64,000 nt of DNA, from positions 1,922,001 through 1,986,000 of the forward strand of contig CP075497.1 in NCBI GenBank assembly GCA_021613535.1, read 5' to 3'. Positions 1-12,829 of the stretch are shown here, in pieces (within the stretch, counting starts at the first letter, position 1; each line of letters begins with the position of its first letter). Position numbers and translations under genes: made by a program. This DNA is from Adineta vaga. Taxonomy: Eukaryota > Animalia > Rotifera. The notes below the pieces were generated by a model that was given only the letters and a program-made list of their open reading frames with translations, made no database searches and had not been told where the DNA came from.

Positions 1-76
1 AAAAATACATACACTCATAAAAGAAACAAGATAAAAACCTGAGAAAAACAAAATTTAGTCACTTAAAGTCAATCTT

Positions 77-1515
77 TCATATTTTCTGTATTTTTCCTGC
101 ATCTTTTTTCGTTAAATCATCTCCAACAATGTCATCATCACTGTTATTAATCATCAATAATTTTCTTATTGCTTGTAAAGCATTATTGACTTGCTGTTGA
201 CTTCCTTGAACATTCACCATTCGTTTTCGTCGATCACCATTTTCATCATTCATATCACTAATATTAACAATTGCACCAGTTTCACGTTGTAATTGTTGAA
301 TTCGTTCACCTTTTGGTCCTAGCAAAGCTCCTGCTTGCATATCGGTAATAGGAAGTGTTTGACGAATTGAAACTGGCATAAGAACACGATCAAAATGTTG
401 TTGAGACGAAGATGATGGAATTGGATTGTTTGAAAGTTGAAAATAATTTGTAGATTGAGGAGGAAATAAAGGATTTTGTTTCGTAGTTTCATCGTTGATT
501 GATACAGGATTGACTAGTGGAATATCTGAATAGCCATAATAGAGATGAATTTTTGTTCGATTATAATTAATTGGAATGTATGGAATGAATGAAACTGGTA
601 TAACTAAAAACAAAAGTATTCTTATATTTTGAATCGTTCTAACAAAAAATGAATTAAATTGATCAATGGTCAACATTCATTTTTTTTCTTATTTCAAAGA
701 ATATTACCTTGTTGACAACAAATTGTATAGATTTCTTCTAAACATAACATCAGCTTGACAGCATCTTTACAAATAATTCGAACAACTCGTTCACTTGATT
801 GTGGACAACATTCTTGAGCTGGTTGAAGTAAAAGAAGATCATAATCCATTCTCATTCGTTGGGCTTGCATACCAATTGATGGTAAATATGTTTGATCAAT
901 TAATATACGAACTTCTTCATCATTACCTAATAGTTCACTAAGTAAATCAAATGGACAAACAAGAATACATTCAGCTGTTTGACAATCAATTCTTGTAATT
1001 AAATCATTATAAAAGAAGACATCAGATACATATCGATCATGTGGAACAAGTAATCGACACTTTGTATTTGATTTATTGAATGAACGAAGATGTTGTCGTT
1101 GAGGATTTGATAATTTTAATAATTGTAAATCACCTTCGAGTTGACTAGCTCGATCAAAATCAAATGTAAATTCAGCATTACGTAGAGTATTTAAACTGGA
1201 TTCGATATGTGAGAAAGAATGATCAATTGTATCTTGTTCATTCAAAAGATTAATTATTGTCGAACGAAAACGATTTAATTGTTCATAAGCATTGTTTAAT
1301 TCTGAAAGAGATGTTTCATGTGCTGTATTTATTTGATCTAACATTTGTGAACGCCATTGACGTAATGTTTGACGACATGTATCATAACTTGAATCAAGTA
1401 GAGAGAGAGAATCAAGTTGAGTACGAGCTGTTTGAGTACGTGATAGAAGAGTTGAACGACGTTTTTCAAGTAATTCTTCAGGTGTTAATTGTTTAAATTC
1501 GTTCAATGAAGTCAT
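77..1515 (-). CDS. Coiled-coil + three KH-domain protein, divergent hnRNP K-like (paralog A); 2 exons, intron ~604-707
   Basis: Spliced product has QECCPQSSERVV and PYIPINYN..LYYGYS (hnRNP K KH2 region QECCPHSTDRVV / PYDPNFY..DYGGF) and a C-terminal KH with GALLGPKGERIQQLQRETGAIVNI. The N-terminal ~130 aa is a heptad-rich helix. Donor caag|gtaat, acceptor ttttag|ttata. Confidence 0.8.
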
Positions 1516-2824
1516 AGTAAAAAAAGAATCTATAATAAAACAAAATGTTCAAATGATATTTAGCATCTTCAGATAGTATAAGGTAATAAGGGATAAAAAT
1601 ATGTCTATAATTAAATATAATCTACAAATTCGTTTCTTGTTTACATAACTTCTTACTGTAACTATTGATGTGTGAAGGATTCTTGAATTGCACACATATA
1701 TTATTCAATCTGATATTTTCATAAATAACTAAACTAACTAAAAATGTTCCATAAGCATCATTGATTTGATTAAGTATGTGCGAATACGGTTATTGAAGTT
1801 TTTATCGCCATCTATCATTAAAAAGAATGATCTTTCCTTTACAACGTAAGATAATTTTATTATGATACAATACGAAGAAACCGTCATGCTGTGAAATCCC
1901 TAGAAAATTGGCTAGTTAAATGAATAGTCTTAACTGTGTGATTGTATTTTTTGCTGAGCTATGTCTTATTTTAAGCAATTACATTGATCATAACATTGTA
2001 AAAGATTTCTTGTTAACAAGAGTTATCATGTACTTCACTCTATACAAAATAAGTTTGATTCGTGGATTCTTTCTATGTACTTTATAGTTTTGACACCAAC
2101 TATGAATCATTTTTGACTGAGACATCAGACATTATTTCTGTTTGATTTTTTACAATTCTCCAAAATTTTGTCTCTTTATCGAATCAAGCAAACTATAGAT
2201 ATCTCTATTAAAAATGTTGATAGTTTTCTTAATTAATGAGATGGAACAAATGAGAAGAGTTGTGGAGCGAGATACCGAGATGTTTACTTCGTCATTTATC
2301 TAATAGTCGAGAAAATTTTTAAAGAATTCATAGCAACTCACAGAAGAAAAAGTTCAGAACTGTATGTTTAAGTCTTCGAAGAAAATATCGATTGTCGGTA
2401 CCAACGGAAAGAACAAAAAAAGTGTTAAAAAAATTTTCCCATTTTGAAACATTTCTTTCTCTTTAACATAAATATGAAAACAAGTAAAAGAGATAGACAG
2501 ACATTGATTATTCTCAAAGAAAAAAAAACGCAAAACAGTTTTTCTTCATCATTGAATAGAAGAACATGTCGACAACTGCTGGAAATATCGATTCCGGATT
2601 GTGTGGATAACTAAATGATGATATTGATAAATAAAAAGAACCATCAAATGGTATTAATGCTGGATCAAATAATTGAAATAAAACATTTATTCGTGTATTT
2701 AATCAGTTTATGAAAAAAAGAAAATTTTCTTTTTATTGTCGTATAATATACAAACACATTCATCAAATGCTGTTATTTATTGGTAGGTCAAAATTTGAAC
2801 AGAAATCTATTTAATTTCCGAAAG

Positions 2825-3180
2825 TTACTTCAAATAAAGTGTTCCACAGTGGTTTTTGAGGTCCTCAATACCTAATGAGTGGATTTCCTGACCATCGTTT
2901 TTTTGCATGTGACCTTTGATGCTAACAAAGATAGACAAACACACACAGCCTATCCATGTTCGCATCTCAACTTGTAATTGGATTTTGAAAAAAACGTTTT
3001 CTTGACGTTTGGTCCACCATTCACACACACCCACACCCTCAAGATGGTTTTTCAACCTTTAAGGACGTTTTGACGACAATGTACTTTTGACCCGACTCTC
3101 GATTTTCAAACTTTAAGATTGTTCTGAAGGCAATGTTATTTTGATCTTTGACCTGCCACAAACAAACAAACCTTTTATAG
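2825..3180. repeat. Possible non-autonomous interspersed repeat remnant
   Basis: Locally less AT-rich intergenic stretch with recurring tgaccttt/tttgacc motifs, CA tracts and a caaacaaacaaac...ttttatag end. No TIR or TSD verified. Confidence 0.25.
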
Positions 3181-3894
3181 TTTTTTTTCGTATCTTCCTC
3201 TCTTCAGTTGAGGAAACAATTATACTTATCAGCCCAATCCAGATGTTAATTTATCAATTGCAACACCTTCAATTTATTCCACATCATTATCTCCTGTCTT
3301 CGTGATTTTCATCGAAATTATTTTAGTAATAAATGTTCTATCTTTCAAAGTTTATTGATTGAATACAAAACATTGTCTTAAAATCTCTCGCTTTTGTTTT
3401 AATAATGAATAAGAACAAAATAAACATCTTCCTTATCTCCTATTCATCCTTCAATGAATAAATGAGAAATTTATTGAGCTGATTCTTTTCCATAAAATCA
3501 CACAAAATAGAAACAAAAAATATATTCATCGTATTCGAAAAGTAAGCATACATCAAATTCCCAAAAAAGAACAAAACAAGAAGAAAATGATTTTCTGTCT
3601 AAAAATATTATACAAATCACAGGTATGTATATGTGTCCAAAAAAGAATAACTCGTATTTATACTTATAATATATTCGATCAATAATTTGATAATTATAAA
3701 ACAAGAGAGATAGAGAGAAAGAAATAAAGTCTGATCAAAGTTAGTTAAAAGCGCAGCAAACAGTATGAAAACAAAAATAGAATAAGAAAAACTCACGGGC
3801 TGGCAAGAAAAGCGAGCACAAAAAGAAGAGGTTTACTAGATTTACTGAGGACGATATCTACAAACTATCCTTAGTCATTAGACACCGGAATTCT

Positions 3895-6437
3895 TTATTG
3901 AACAAGATTTTCTTCCATCTTAACATTATCAGTCGCCTACAAACAAAAAATGAAACTAATATTCATTGGTATAAACTTTTCAAATAAAATCTCACTTGAA
4001 AATCACTATCATTAATATTTTCATCCATACCTACCATTGCTGATGGAGGTGTGGTACTTGATAACCATCTATCAACTTTTTCTGTACAATCATAACTCGA
4101 CGATCGAGTTAATAATGGTAACATACTACTATTTGCTCCGGTTGTTTGTTGTAAATGTGCATCGTTTCTAATCGAACGATAACCTTCGTCAGATATTTGT
4201 CGTTCGATTTGAGCAATTTGAATTGTTAATGGAGGGAGATAGGATGGTAATTCTTCAACAGTTGTTAAATGAACAGTGGATAACGATTGCTGTTCAGTCT
4301 TTGAATGACTATGATGAGAAGATGAAGGAGATGAAGATGAAACAACGGTTTTTTTATCATCCGATGATGAAGATGAACGTGCTTCAGGAATATTTGTTAG
4401 TTGTGGAAGAACAGATGTTAAATCTTTTGAAAAACTTGTTGTTTCAATTATTGATGATGCTTCGGAATAAGTATCTAATGCTGAATCTTGAATATCATCA
4501 TCATCGTCATCATTTTCTTCAAAAATTTCACTCCGTTGTTCATCGAGTGATGAAGATAAATCTTCTTGATCTCGTTGTAATAATTCTTTCAAATAGGATT
4601 CAACACTTTGTTCCATTAATTGAAGAGCTTTTACAGTTGGTGATAATTCATATTCAAACATTGGCATAAAAGGAAGAGTATCTGAATTATCCGTAGATGT
4701 ACGAACTTCATCATATAAATAGATCATCTGTGATGAATGTTTCATACCGAAATTCTTAACAATAGGAAAAAAAAACAAGAAACTTCTATTTGAGAAGAAT
4801 TTCAAAATATAAATAAATACTTTTTTATTTTTCTTATTTTTCTTTCCATGAAATCCGTGTTGTTTTTGTTGTTGTTGTTTCTTTTTCGTAATACCTGCGT
4901 ATTTATCAACAATATCTGCAGGTAATTCTTTTTTATATTCAACTGAATTTTCTTGATGATACGGTGAACGGATAATTTCATTCGTTGTCGTTGATTGAAG
5001 ATTTAATGGAGTGAAAGTTCGTGGTAATTTCATAGCAATAGCAATCGTTGATTGATTTATTGATGTTGTTAGTTTTCGAGATGAAGTCTTATCATCGTTT
5101 TGTTCATCCATATATGATGAAAGAATTGTTTGTTCTTCCACAGGTGTAAGTGGATAATATAGTGGAGAAAGTAAGTCAGTTGTTGGAGTGGAACAAGGTG
5201 AATTAGTAAGAAATATATGATGTTCAGACATTTTTTCATAAAAATATTTGAGTAATAGACGAATTTTTTCCAATTGATCTTGACATTGTTGTTTTTCATG
5301 TTCGAGACTAAAAACAAATGATGAAATAATTTGAATTTAAATGAGAACTTTCTGATTTACTTGTCCTGTTCGAGAGATGCTAATGATTGAACAGGAGCAA
5401 GAGATATTCGACATCGTTGTTTTTTTAAATTCATTGATGTGAAAACTTGTTCACGTTCCGAACGTAAACTTTCAATTTCTGAAAAGAATTTCATGTTATC
5501 GTTTTCTTTTCTTCGAACGTTTCTTTACTTTGTTCAATTTCAGGTAATCGAGTCGCACTATCATATAATAATTGTTTGATTTCTGTTTGTTTACGTGTTT
5601 TTGCATTGAGAATTTCAACGAATTTCTAAAGAAAAACAAGCGAATAGATGTTCTTCGTTTTTCGAATTGTTTTACTTCTCGTTTATTTCGAGCAGCTGTT
5701 TGAATATCTTCAGCTTCGTGAAGTCTTTGATTGTATTCATCTAGTTTTCTAAATTAAACATTCGTTGTGAATAGAAAGATAAAGAAATTTATTAAAACTT
5801 ACTGTAATTGAGGTAAACATTCGACAATTGAATTGATTTTTCCTTGTGCTAGATCTCGATAGACGGAATTTTTACCTGGTTTTTCTAGTTCTTCTTCATA
5901 ACGTCTAAAGAAGATATCAAAGAAAATGTCGATTTATAATAATATGAAGAGAAACGTACTGTTTATCTTGAAGAGCGATTTGTAAATTTGTATAACGAAC
6001 TCGAGAATTTGAACGAAGAATAGCTATTTGAGCATTCTAAATATCAATATAAACGAATAAGTTATTTGATAATAGAAAATAAACAAATTCTTTATACTAA
6101 AGTTTTTTTAATCGATGTCTGAGCGTTGATTTCTTTATTAATTTCAGCAATTTCATGAGTACGATTTGTGATATCATTATGTAAGAATTCTATATCGTGT
6201 GTTAATTTTTCCACATTATATTTGGTCTAAAAACAAAACGAATCATTCGTTGTTTATTTCGTATAGAATTTCTTACTTTCTCTCGTGTTAATTCATGAAG
6301 TTTTGATTTAATTGCAAATAAACGACGATTATTTGCATCATTAGTTGAATTATTCTGCGAACTACTAAAAGCAAATCTGTATAATCATCATGTTATCTTT
6401 CTTCTCACCTGGTTTGTCGTTCGTCTTCGTCACTCAT
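3895..6437 (-). CDS. Multi-exon coiled-coil protein with Lys-rich patch and Ser/acidic disordered C-terminus (weak resemblance to Bfr1/proton-pump-interactor family)
   Basis: About 10 in-phase exons from MSDEDERQT to ...KMEENLVQ*. Long N-terminal coiled coil, then GKKNKKNKK followed by a short helical motif. The family call is tentative. Confidence 0.65.
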
Positions 6438-6861
6438 TATAATAATAATTTCTTCTCCTTATTAATTCGAATTAAACATAGACAAAACTAGTCATTTAGC
6501 ATATTTTCTTTCTTTTTTTGTTCTTTCCAATTGATTGTAATATATTTAAAAAGATTTGTGTGAACGTAATTATCTTCTACACGATAACCAAGAAAGATAA
6601 GGAAGAGAATATTCTCTCCGAATCGATCTAAAAGGAAAAACTATTACGTCTTTTGAAAAACGAAACTAATCGGCATGAAAGTACACAGTTATGTAGTAAA
6701 AACATCGAGGTAACAGGTAAGACGTGGCACGATATACAGTCAAAACAAAACGAAATATAAAAAAGAAAACGAGAGAGAGAAAAAGAAAAGAATAAAAAAA
6801 AACCTGTTTGTTATCGATATTCTAGGTCAACAAGTGTTTCATAATAAGACTTGTGATAAAC

Positions 6862-6920
6862 CAATACAGTTTTTTGAATTAACCTCATTCAATGAGAAGT
6901 CTTGGGAAAAAACTGTATTG
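6862..6920. repeat. Nested inverted repeat (14-bp perfect arms, inner 6-bp hairpin)
   Basis: caatacagtttttt (6862-6875) pairs with aaaaaactgtattg (6907-6920); inner ctcatt-c-aatgag at 6884-6896. Confidence 0.75.
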
Positions 6921-7104
6921 TTTAACAAACTTAATGTGAAAGTCTTTGAAAGGTATAATTACAATTATTAATGAATATGAAACATCGAGCGCCATCTATA
7001 ATTAAGTAAGAATAGGTTGAGAATCTTTATTTCAATTTACTTTTTCAATGTTTTCTGAGAGAATTTAAAATATTTTATTTGATTTTATTCGAAAAAAACA
7101 TCAG

Positions 7105-7117
7105 ATTACTAGGCAAC
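7105..7117 (+). promoter_or_regulatory. Candidate RFX X-box upstream of FHAD1
   Basis: attactaggcaac closely matches the X-box pattern GTTRCY-N-RGYAAC and lies ~240 nt upstream of a cilia-associated gene. Confidence 0.4.
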
Positions 7118-7354
7118 AAAAATATACTTGAACTAAAATGGTTGTCCGATCAAGCAAACAAATCAACAGACTTCATGTTACCGATATAACCAGCTCCCGG
7201 CAACCTATTTCTCATCGTATTCACACATAGACATTTGAGAAGAGGATATTGATCAAATTACTTTCTAAAAATCTTTGTTATTCTCAATTCTTCACAAATA
7301 AAAACATCAAATTTTACTTCGTCCTTCATATAGCATCGAGTCATTTTCAATATA

Positions 7355-10300
7355 ATGAAAGGTTATTTGTTCAGTCAAGATGGTTCCTATGCATTTCCTC
7401 TCGGTCCAAAAGTGACAACAATTGGACGAGAAAATTGTGATATTAGTATTAATGTAAGATTTTTTTTCGTTCAATTGAAAATAAATTCAATTTAATCATA
7501 TTTTCCCTAGAGTCCAAGTGTGGATAATCAACATGCATTATTAGAATATGACAATGAACAACATTGTTTTGTTTTAAAAGATCTCAATTCATCTTCAGGT
7601 ACATATGTACATGATTGTCGTGTTCAAAATGCAGCAGTAAGATTAGCTGATGGAGATTTTTTACGATTTGGTTTCAATGGTTTACCATTGGAATTTCGAG
7701 TTGAGCAACCACAACAACAGCAACAAGTATTTTTATATTTTATTATTTCGAAAAAAAAAAACAAATTTGATTATTACTTTAAAAAATAGAGTACAATGCC
7801 ATCCATCTATCAACGACAAGCAGGAGCAAATCATATTCATGTCATTACTCAAACAATTCCATCACGAAGATCTAATAGTAGTACAACACAATATCCACAA
7901 CAAATTGATGTACAACAAAATCCAGGTTTTTCTCTCAGGTATAAATTTCTTGATGTTCTATTCCACATCAATTAGAATTTTCATTCTAGAACTCGTCCAT
8001 CAAGTGCAGGAGCAAAGAAACCACCTACTTTTCTACCACCACCACCACCTACTCAAACTTCTAATCCTCTTCGTGATTCTCAGATTCATCGTAAGTAATT
8101 ATCATTGACCTTTATCTTTTATCGATTGTTCTTCAGCTATAACAAATGCTTGGACATTAACAAATACTTCAAATCCAAATCGAAGTCTAATCAATGGAAG
8201 TTTTTGCGGTGAAGTTGATATAACAGGTCAAGATAATACAGAAATCATCAATCGTGTTGATCAACTTGAAAAAGAAATTAAAGGACGTGATGGACATATT
8301 CGTGAATTGACGAATAAAGTAAAATAAGAACTGAATCTCAATAATGAATTTATTATTATTTTGTCTTAGGTTCGAACATTAGAACCATTAAGTTCAACAG
8401 TTACGAATGAAGTTCATTCCTTAAAAGTTGAATTAGATAAAGTTAAACGAGAAAAACAAATGGCATCTAATTCAGTTTCAACTCTTCGACGTGATTTACA
8501 ATCGAAAGTAAATCTTCTTGTTTTTTTTCAAAAGAAAAATTTCATTTTTCTATATTATTTTGTAAAATAGGAATCAGATTTAGCAAAATTAAGTCGAGAA
8601 ATTGAAGAAATTAAAAATGATAGTCGTGAGAAAGATGCTCGATTTCAAGAATTACAATCAAAAGTAAATCAATAGATCAATCTTATCTTATTTTGAATTC
8701 ATTTTTAGTTTAATCTTCATCGAAATCGAACTCGTACTGAAGCCGATCGGTCCAATAAAGAAAGAGAAGAAGTAAATTATCTTTCTCCTTCTTCTTCTGA
8801 TTTTCAATTTTATTCTTTCTTTAGAAACTTCAATTAGCTGAAAGACAAATCAATGAATTAAACGAAAGTATCAATCGATTAAAATCTCAATTACAAGATA
8901 CAGAAAAACAATTATTAAAAGCAACTCAAAATGAACAAAAGTTAAAACAAGAATATGAACAAACACGTGAACAACTTGTTCAACTTCAACAAAGTGAAAC
9001 AACACTCAAATCAGATCTTGCAAATTCTCAACGCAAAGTATTATAAAATTTTCTTTAGAAAATATTCTTCAAAATCTTTTTGTTTTATTCTTCAAAGCTT
9101 AATCAATCATATGCAGATATTTGGCTATGTTTTTCTAATGAAGAATATAATGAAGATCAACATAATATTATTGAACAAATTCAACAACTTCAACAACAAT
9201 TAGATCAAGCAAAAAATGAAATTGACCATCAAAGAAATATACACTTAACCACAAATGACCAGTTTAAAACATCATTCGAAAAACTTATTCAATTATTTGT
9301 AAGTTGATAAAGATCTTTGCTCTTTTCTTACATCAAAGATTAACTTTACAATTGTCTCTGATTGTTTAGACAAATGCAATCCAAGGAGAAACAACAGTAG
9401 ATGTTCTTTCTCAAGCACAACAAGAAATAAATGATGCTGATAATGATGATGATGAAAATGTTCTTGGTATGTTTAAAAGAGTAGCAATCATTGTGATCGA
9501 TACTCACTTGAAACTTCTTTCTCAAATGACTAACTTAACTACTCAACAAAGTGATCATGAACAAAATCTAAGTAAGAATATTGAAAAATCGAATTTTGCC
9601 ATACTTATCAATACAATTGTAGTATCAATTCGTCAACAATGTGAAGAACTTGAACGTGAAAAACGGAAGTTTTCTCTTGAAGAAGAATCACGTGAACAAA
9701 CATTTCAATTAAAATTAGAACAAGTTGCTGCTGAAAAAGAGTATGAAGACAAACTATGAAGTGAAAATTTAATTCATATATTTTTTTTTCTATCAATTTC
9801 AGTGCATTTTGGCAACAACGTCTTAATGAAGAATATGATCGTCTTCGTGAACAAATAAATCAATTACAAACAGATTATGATGAACAATCACGTTCGTTTG
9901 CTTTTCAACTTCAAACAGTAAAAATTGAACATGATGAATATGTCGAGGTATTTCGAAAAGAAACAAAATCTTCAGGAAGATTATTGTTCTTTGTTTTCTA
10001 GAAATCGAATATTCTTCAATTGGAATCTACTCAAAAAGTCGATGAATTAACAACAAGATTACAAGAATGTCAACAAGAATTAACAGAAACAGTAAATATT
10101 TCCTTGTTTTTTTATTCATTCATAATTGAATTCTTTTAGAGAGAACGATTGAATGAATTAAATCAAATGAATGAAAGAGGAACACAAGATATAAATGAAT
10201 TAGAAAAAGCGAAAAATGATGCGATTGAAGATTTGAAGTAAATTTGTTTAAAACAAAATCATTCAGGTTTTTTTCTATTATTGCAAATTTTAGTGGACAA

Positions 10301-12656
10301 ATTCAAGTTTTTAAAGATCAAGTACGACAATTTTCCATAACAATTGTACAATTGGAAAAGAATTTCGGAGAAGAACAAGAAAAACGCATTCGATTAGAAT
10401 CAGATCTTGAAAATTTAAATAAAAATAGTAAGAACAGTCACTTATCTTTAGCTTAAAATGTATTTTATCAGTTAAAGATCTTTATTTAAGTATAAAAAAT
10501 AATCAGAACTTTCAAAACATTTTCATCTTACCTTAAAAGAAAATTATTCTGTTGTTTTGATTAAAAAATCGTTGCTAAGTTATTGAATAAATATGAAAAT
10601 CTATTTTCTTTTCTTTTCAGCTAATAATTCTTCAACAACATCACCTGTTGAAAATATAATTCCTGTCATTCCTGTTTTTACCGCACCCGTTACTGATCTT
10701 AGGTTTGGCTTCTTCATTTTCTTTCATCTCTTTCATTTCTTATTGTTTAGTTATGAATTATTTGCTTATAAATCACGTGTACAAGAACAAGAACAAATAA
10801 TCATTTCATTACGACGAGATTTAACTGGAATGACAGCTCGTTTATCCGATGTTCAAGGCGAATTGAGTGATAAACAAAAGCAAGCATTGGAAAAAAGTGA
10901 ATCAACAATTCGTGAACAAACAAAAGAATTAAATGAAACACGATTAAAACTATCTAAATTAAGTGATATTGTTGATAAACAAACAACACAAATTGAAACA
11001 TTACAATCTGATTTAACGTAAATGAATTTCTTGTTCATATTTCTGGGAATAATAATTGTTGCTTTGAATAGAAAATCCAAGATCTTAGCTGATCAATATC
11101 AATTATTAGTTGATCAACGTCAAGCTGATATTCAACGTCTAACAAAATCACTTGAACAGAAAGATTTAGTTGTTCAACAAGTAGAAAAAACAACTCAAGA
11201 TGAAGTAAAATTTTTCCTAAAAAACGGTTTCACTTCTGATCCGATAGATTTTAGGGTCGAATAACACATGAATTAGTTGCCATTGGCGCTCAATGTAAAG
11301 GTGAACGACATGAACAAACTATTGGTCGACAACGTGAAGCTTTGAATGAATTACGTGCTCGTATTAAATCTCTCGAACAATTAAGACCCGTAAATTCATC
11401 GTATGAGAAAGTTTTACAACAAGTTGTTGTTCTCAAACGTGAACTAGCAGAATTACGTGCACGACAAGCTTTACCAACTGATATTCCATATTTAACTACA
11501 CCATCAGGAACAAATTCTGTACATCAACAATCACAAAGACATTCATCAACAACAAATAATTCAGAACAATATTCTGAAGCACAAAAAATTGTTGAAGAAA
11601 GAGCAGCACATGCTGAAACAATGAATTCATTACAATCATGTGATGATTTAGTAAATAAAAACAAATAACATCGAAAGATTTCAATTTGTATTTAATTTCT
11701 TCTTTTAGCATAATGGTTTTGCTCGAAGATTGATTCAAATTCTTGATATTGATGATGATAGTCTATCGAATGTTGCTCCGATTGCTACACTCACAACAGC
11801 TGATCGTTATGTTGCTTTACAACAACGACAACGAATAACTGAAATATTAATTCAAAAAATTGAAGTAAATAAATTGAAATTGTTGAATAAAGAATATTTT
11901 TCTAATGTTTTTAGATGTTACGAGAACGTTTAACACGAAAAGAAGAATTATTACGTGATTATGAAAAAGATTTAGGAAAATTACGTCAAGCTGAAATTTT
12001 ATTACGTGAAAAAAATGTTTTATTACAAGATCTTGAAGTAATTTCAATTTGATAATAATATCATTGATCAAAATTTGATTTAATTTTAGACGAATAAACG
12101 AACTAAAGATGATGAAGCTTTATTTCTTCGAAATACTCTTCGAGAAACACAAGATACTTTAAATCAAGAAAAACGTATTAATTCATCAATTAAACTCGGT
12201 CGAGTAAGTCAAATTCTTCGAATAAACTAAGAAGAATTATTGTTGTTGATTTCTTCATTCTATTTTAGAATATTGATCAACCTCAATCGAATGAATTGAT
12301 TCGTCGTAGTGGTGGATCAACAGCTACACTTCACCATCATTGTCCACCTGATACATCATCCAAAGTTCAAACAGTGAAACGTGGTTTAAATCAAAAAATA
12401 GCTCGCAAAGATTATGAAATTACAACTTTAAAACAAGTTTGTTCTTTTTCTTCAATATTTATCTAAACTAAAGACGAATCATTTCTCTTCTTCTTCTTCT
12501 TCTTCTTCTTTTAGGAATTGAATGAAGCATTAGATACACTTTCGGAACAATCACATAAAGTTCGTCAACTTGAATTACAATCAAAAGTAAAAGAAATCAG
12601 TAAAAGTTTCGTTCAGTTAATAAAAAAAATTATTGTTTTAGGATGGAAATAATTGA
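7355..12656 (+). CDS. FHAD1: Forkhead-associated domain-containing protein 1 (FHA + long coiled coil), >20 exons
   Basis: N-terminus MKGYLFSQDG..TTIGRENCDI..DNQHALLEYDNEQHCFVLKDLNSSSGTYVHDCRVQNAAVRLADGDFLRFG. C-terminal ITHELVAIGAQCKGERHEQTIGRQREALNELRARIK motif typical of FHAD1. Confidence 0.88.
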
Positions 12657-12829
12657 ATATAATGAAATTCATTGGAAAAATTTACGTTTTTTATTCTCTC
12701 TTTGCGTGTGTGATTGTGTGTGTGTTTCGTAGAAGCAATAAATGAACAAAAACAAAAAACATAGAAATATTCATTTTTTCGAGAAAAAAACAAGAAGAAG
12801 AAGAAAAAACACAAATGTTTTGTTGAAAA

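Noticed and set aside
3020-3040. Telomere-like cccaca within a CA-rich tract
   Set aside because: A single unit, not a tandem array.
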